Assembly (NCBI RefSeq): GCF_016433145.1
Contig: NC_058133.1
Span: 194,560,625-194,624,624 of the forward strand
Origin: Gracilinanus agilis
Lineage: Eukaryota
Length of the DNA: 64,000 nucleotides
Direction of reading: 5' to 3'
The position numbers and the translations under genes are program-made. Under the pieces are notes generated by a model. It ran no database searches. It was not told the origin of the DNA and saw only the letters and a list, made by a program, of their open reading frames with translations. Positions 63,145 to 64,000 of this stretch are shown here, piece by piece; the stretch's first letter is position 1, and each line of letters opens with the position of its first letter.

Positions 63145-63338
63145 CAGTGGTTCCCAAACTCTTTTGGCCTACCGCCCCTTTTCCAGAAAAAATATTACTT
63201 AGTTCCCTGGAAATTAATTTTTTTTTAATTTTAATATCAATTAATAGGAAAGATAAATGCACCTGTGGCCATCACCGTTCCCTTGGATCACTGCAGCACC
63301 CACCAGGGGGCGGTAGGCACCCACTTTGGGAATCACTG
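63145..63338. mobile_element. 194-bp non-autonomous hAT/Charlie MITE
   Basis: TIRs CAGTGGTTCCCAAA / TTTGGGAATCACTG. 8-bp TSD AACTAGA(C/T) at 63137-44 and 63339-46, matching the hAT-Charlie NNCTAGAN target preference. Confidence 0.9.
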
Positions 63339-64000
63339 AACTAGATCATTGAGACTTCTGACTTTATAAACAGAGTTTGATTTCTTTTATTTGTTGGACA
63401 GAAATGGATTTATATCTCTTTATTTCCTGAGGCCACTAGAAAGAATAGTGTAGGTTTTAAGATGTGGATTGACAGAGAGAGCTGTCATTTTTGTAAGGAG
63501 ATAAATTGAAATTCTTAAGCCACTATGGTTTCTAATTTAGTTCTAAATAGTATCTTGTCTTGAGGTTTCCAACTATCCCCAGACTTGCTTTATGGCTAAA
63601 ACCAAGATCAATTTTGAAATGTTTGTTTATTCAACAAATATTTGAGTATTTAATATGTATAAAGCACCATGCTAGCCATACTACATTTTGTCTGTGAATA
63701 TGAGGCCTTTCTTTTTTGTTCTTGTGGTCTTTCCTTAAATCATTCCAAAGACCTATTAATGACTTTCCCTGACTGACTCTAAAAAATGTCTTTAATTTGA
63801 TGCAGGATAGTCAAGGATGCTCTGCTTTCACTGTCCCCTTCTCTTTGGTTTTCTTAGATGAGGAAATTTGTGAGGGAAAGAAGGGAGTCTACAACATACT
63901 AAGTATTCAGTGATGAGAGAACTTTCCATTCACTTTGAACCTGGCTTTTTTCTTCTATACATGAGATTGTTCTCAGTTGGGAAAAGGTAGATCTAGCAGG

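Noticed and set aside
60838-64000. CWC25 terminal exons (KLSAEELE...)
   Set aside because: No matching reading frame was found by eye; they are presumed to lie beyond the window.

Overview
Eukaryotic genomic DNA, most likely from a didelphid marsupial such as the opossum Monodelphis. The species call rests on recognising SINE1_Mdo-like, MAR1-like and marsupial L1 repeats from memory, not on a database search. The window is the orthologue of the human 17q12 block. It contains LASP1 exon 1 (minus strand), three tRNA-Cys(GCA) genes, and complete RPL23 (5 exons, 140 aa) hosting two H/ACA snoRNAs (SNORA21 and a paralogue). It also contains complete SPMAP1/C17orf98 (3 exons, 154 aa), a fourth tRNA-Cys(GCA), a ~15 kb repeat-filled intergenic tract, and coding exons 1-8 of the splicing factor CWC25, whose 3' end lies beyond the window. 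There is one 229-N assembly gap. There are no CRISPR or prokaryotic systems, and I see no evidence for a new gene family. The most novel observation is a short L1-derived insertion whose target-site duplication copies the 3' splice site of CWC25 exon 6. This creates a second acceptor followed by an in-frame stop and AATAAA, a ready-made alternative terminal or poison exon. Other points of interest are two SNORA21 copies with intact guide pockets and compensatory stem changes, a CRE cluster in SPMAP1 intron 1, and several nested transposon insertions with resolvable TSDs.
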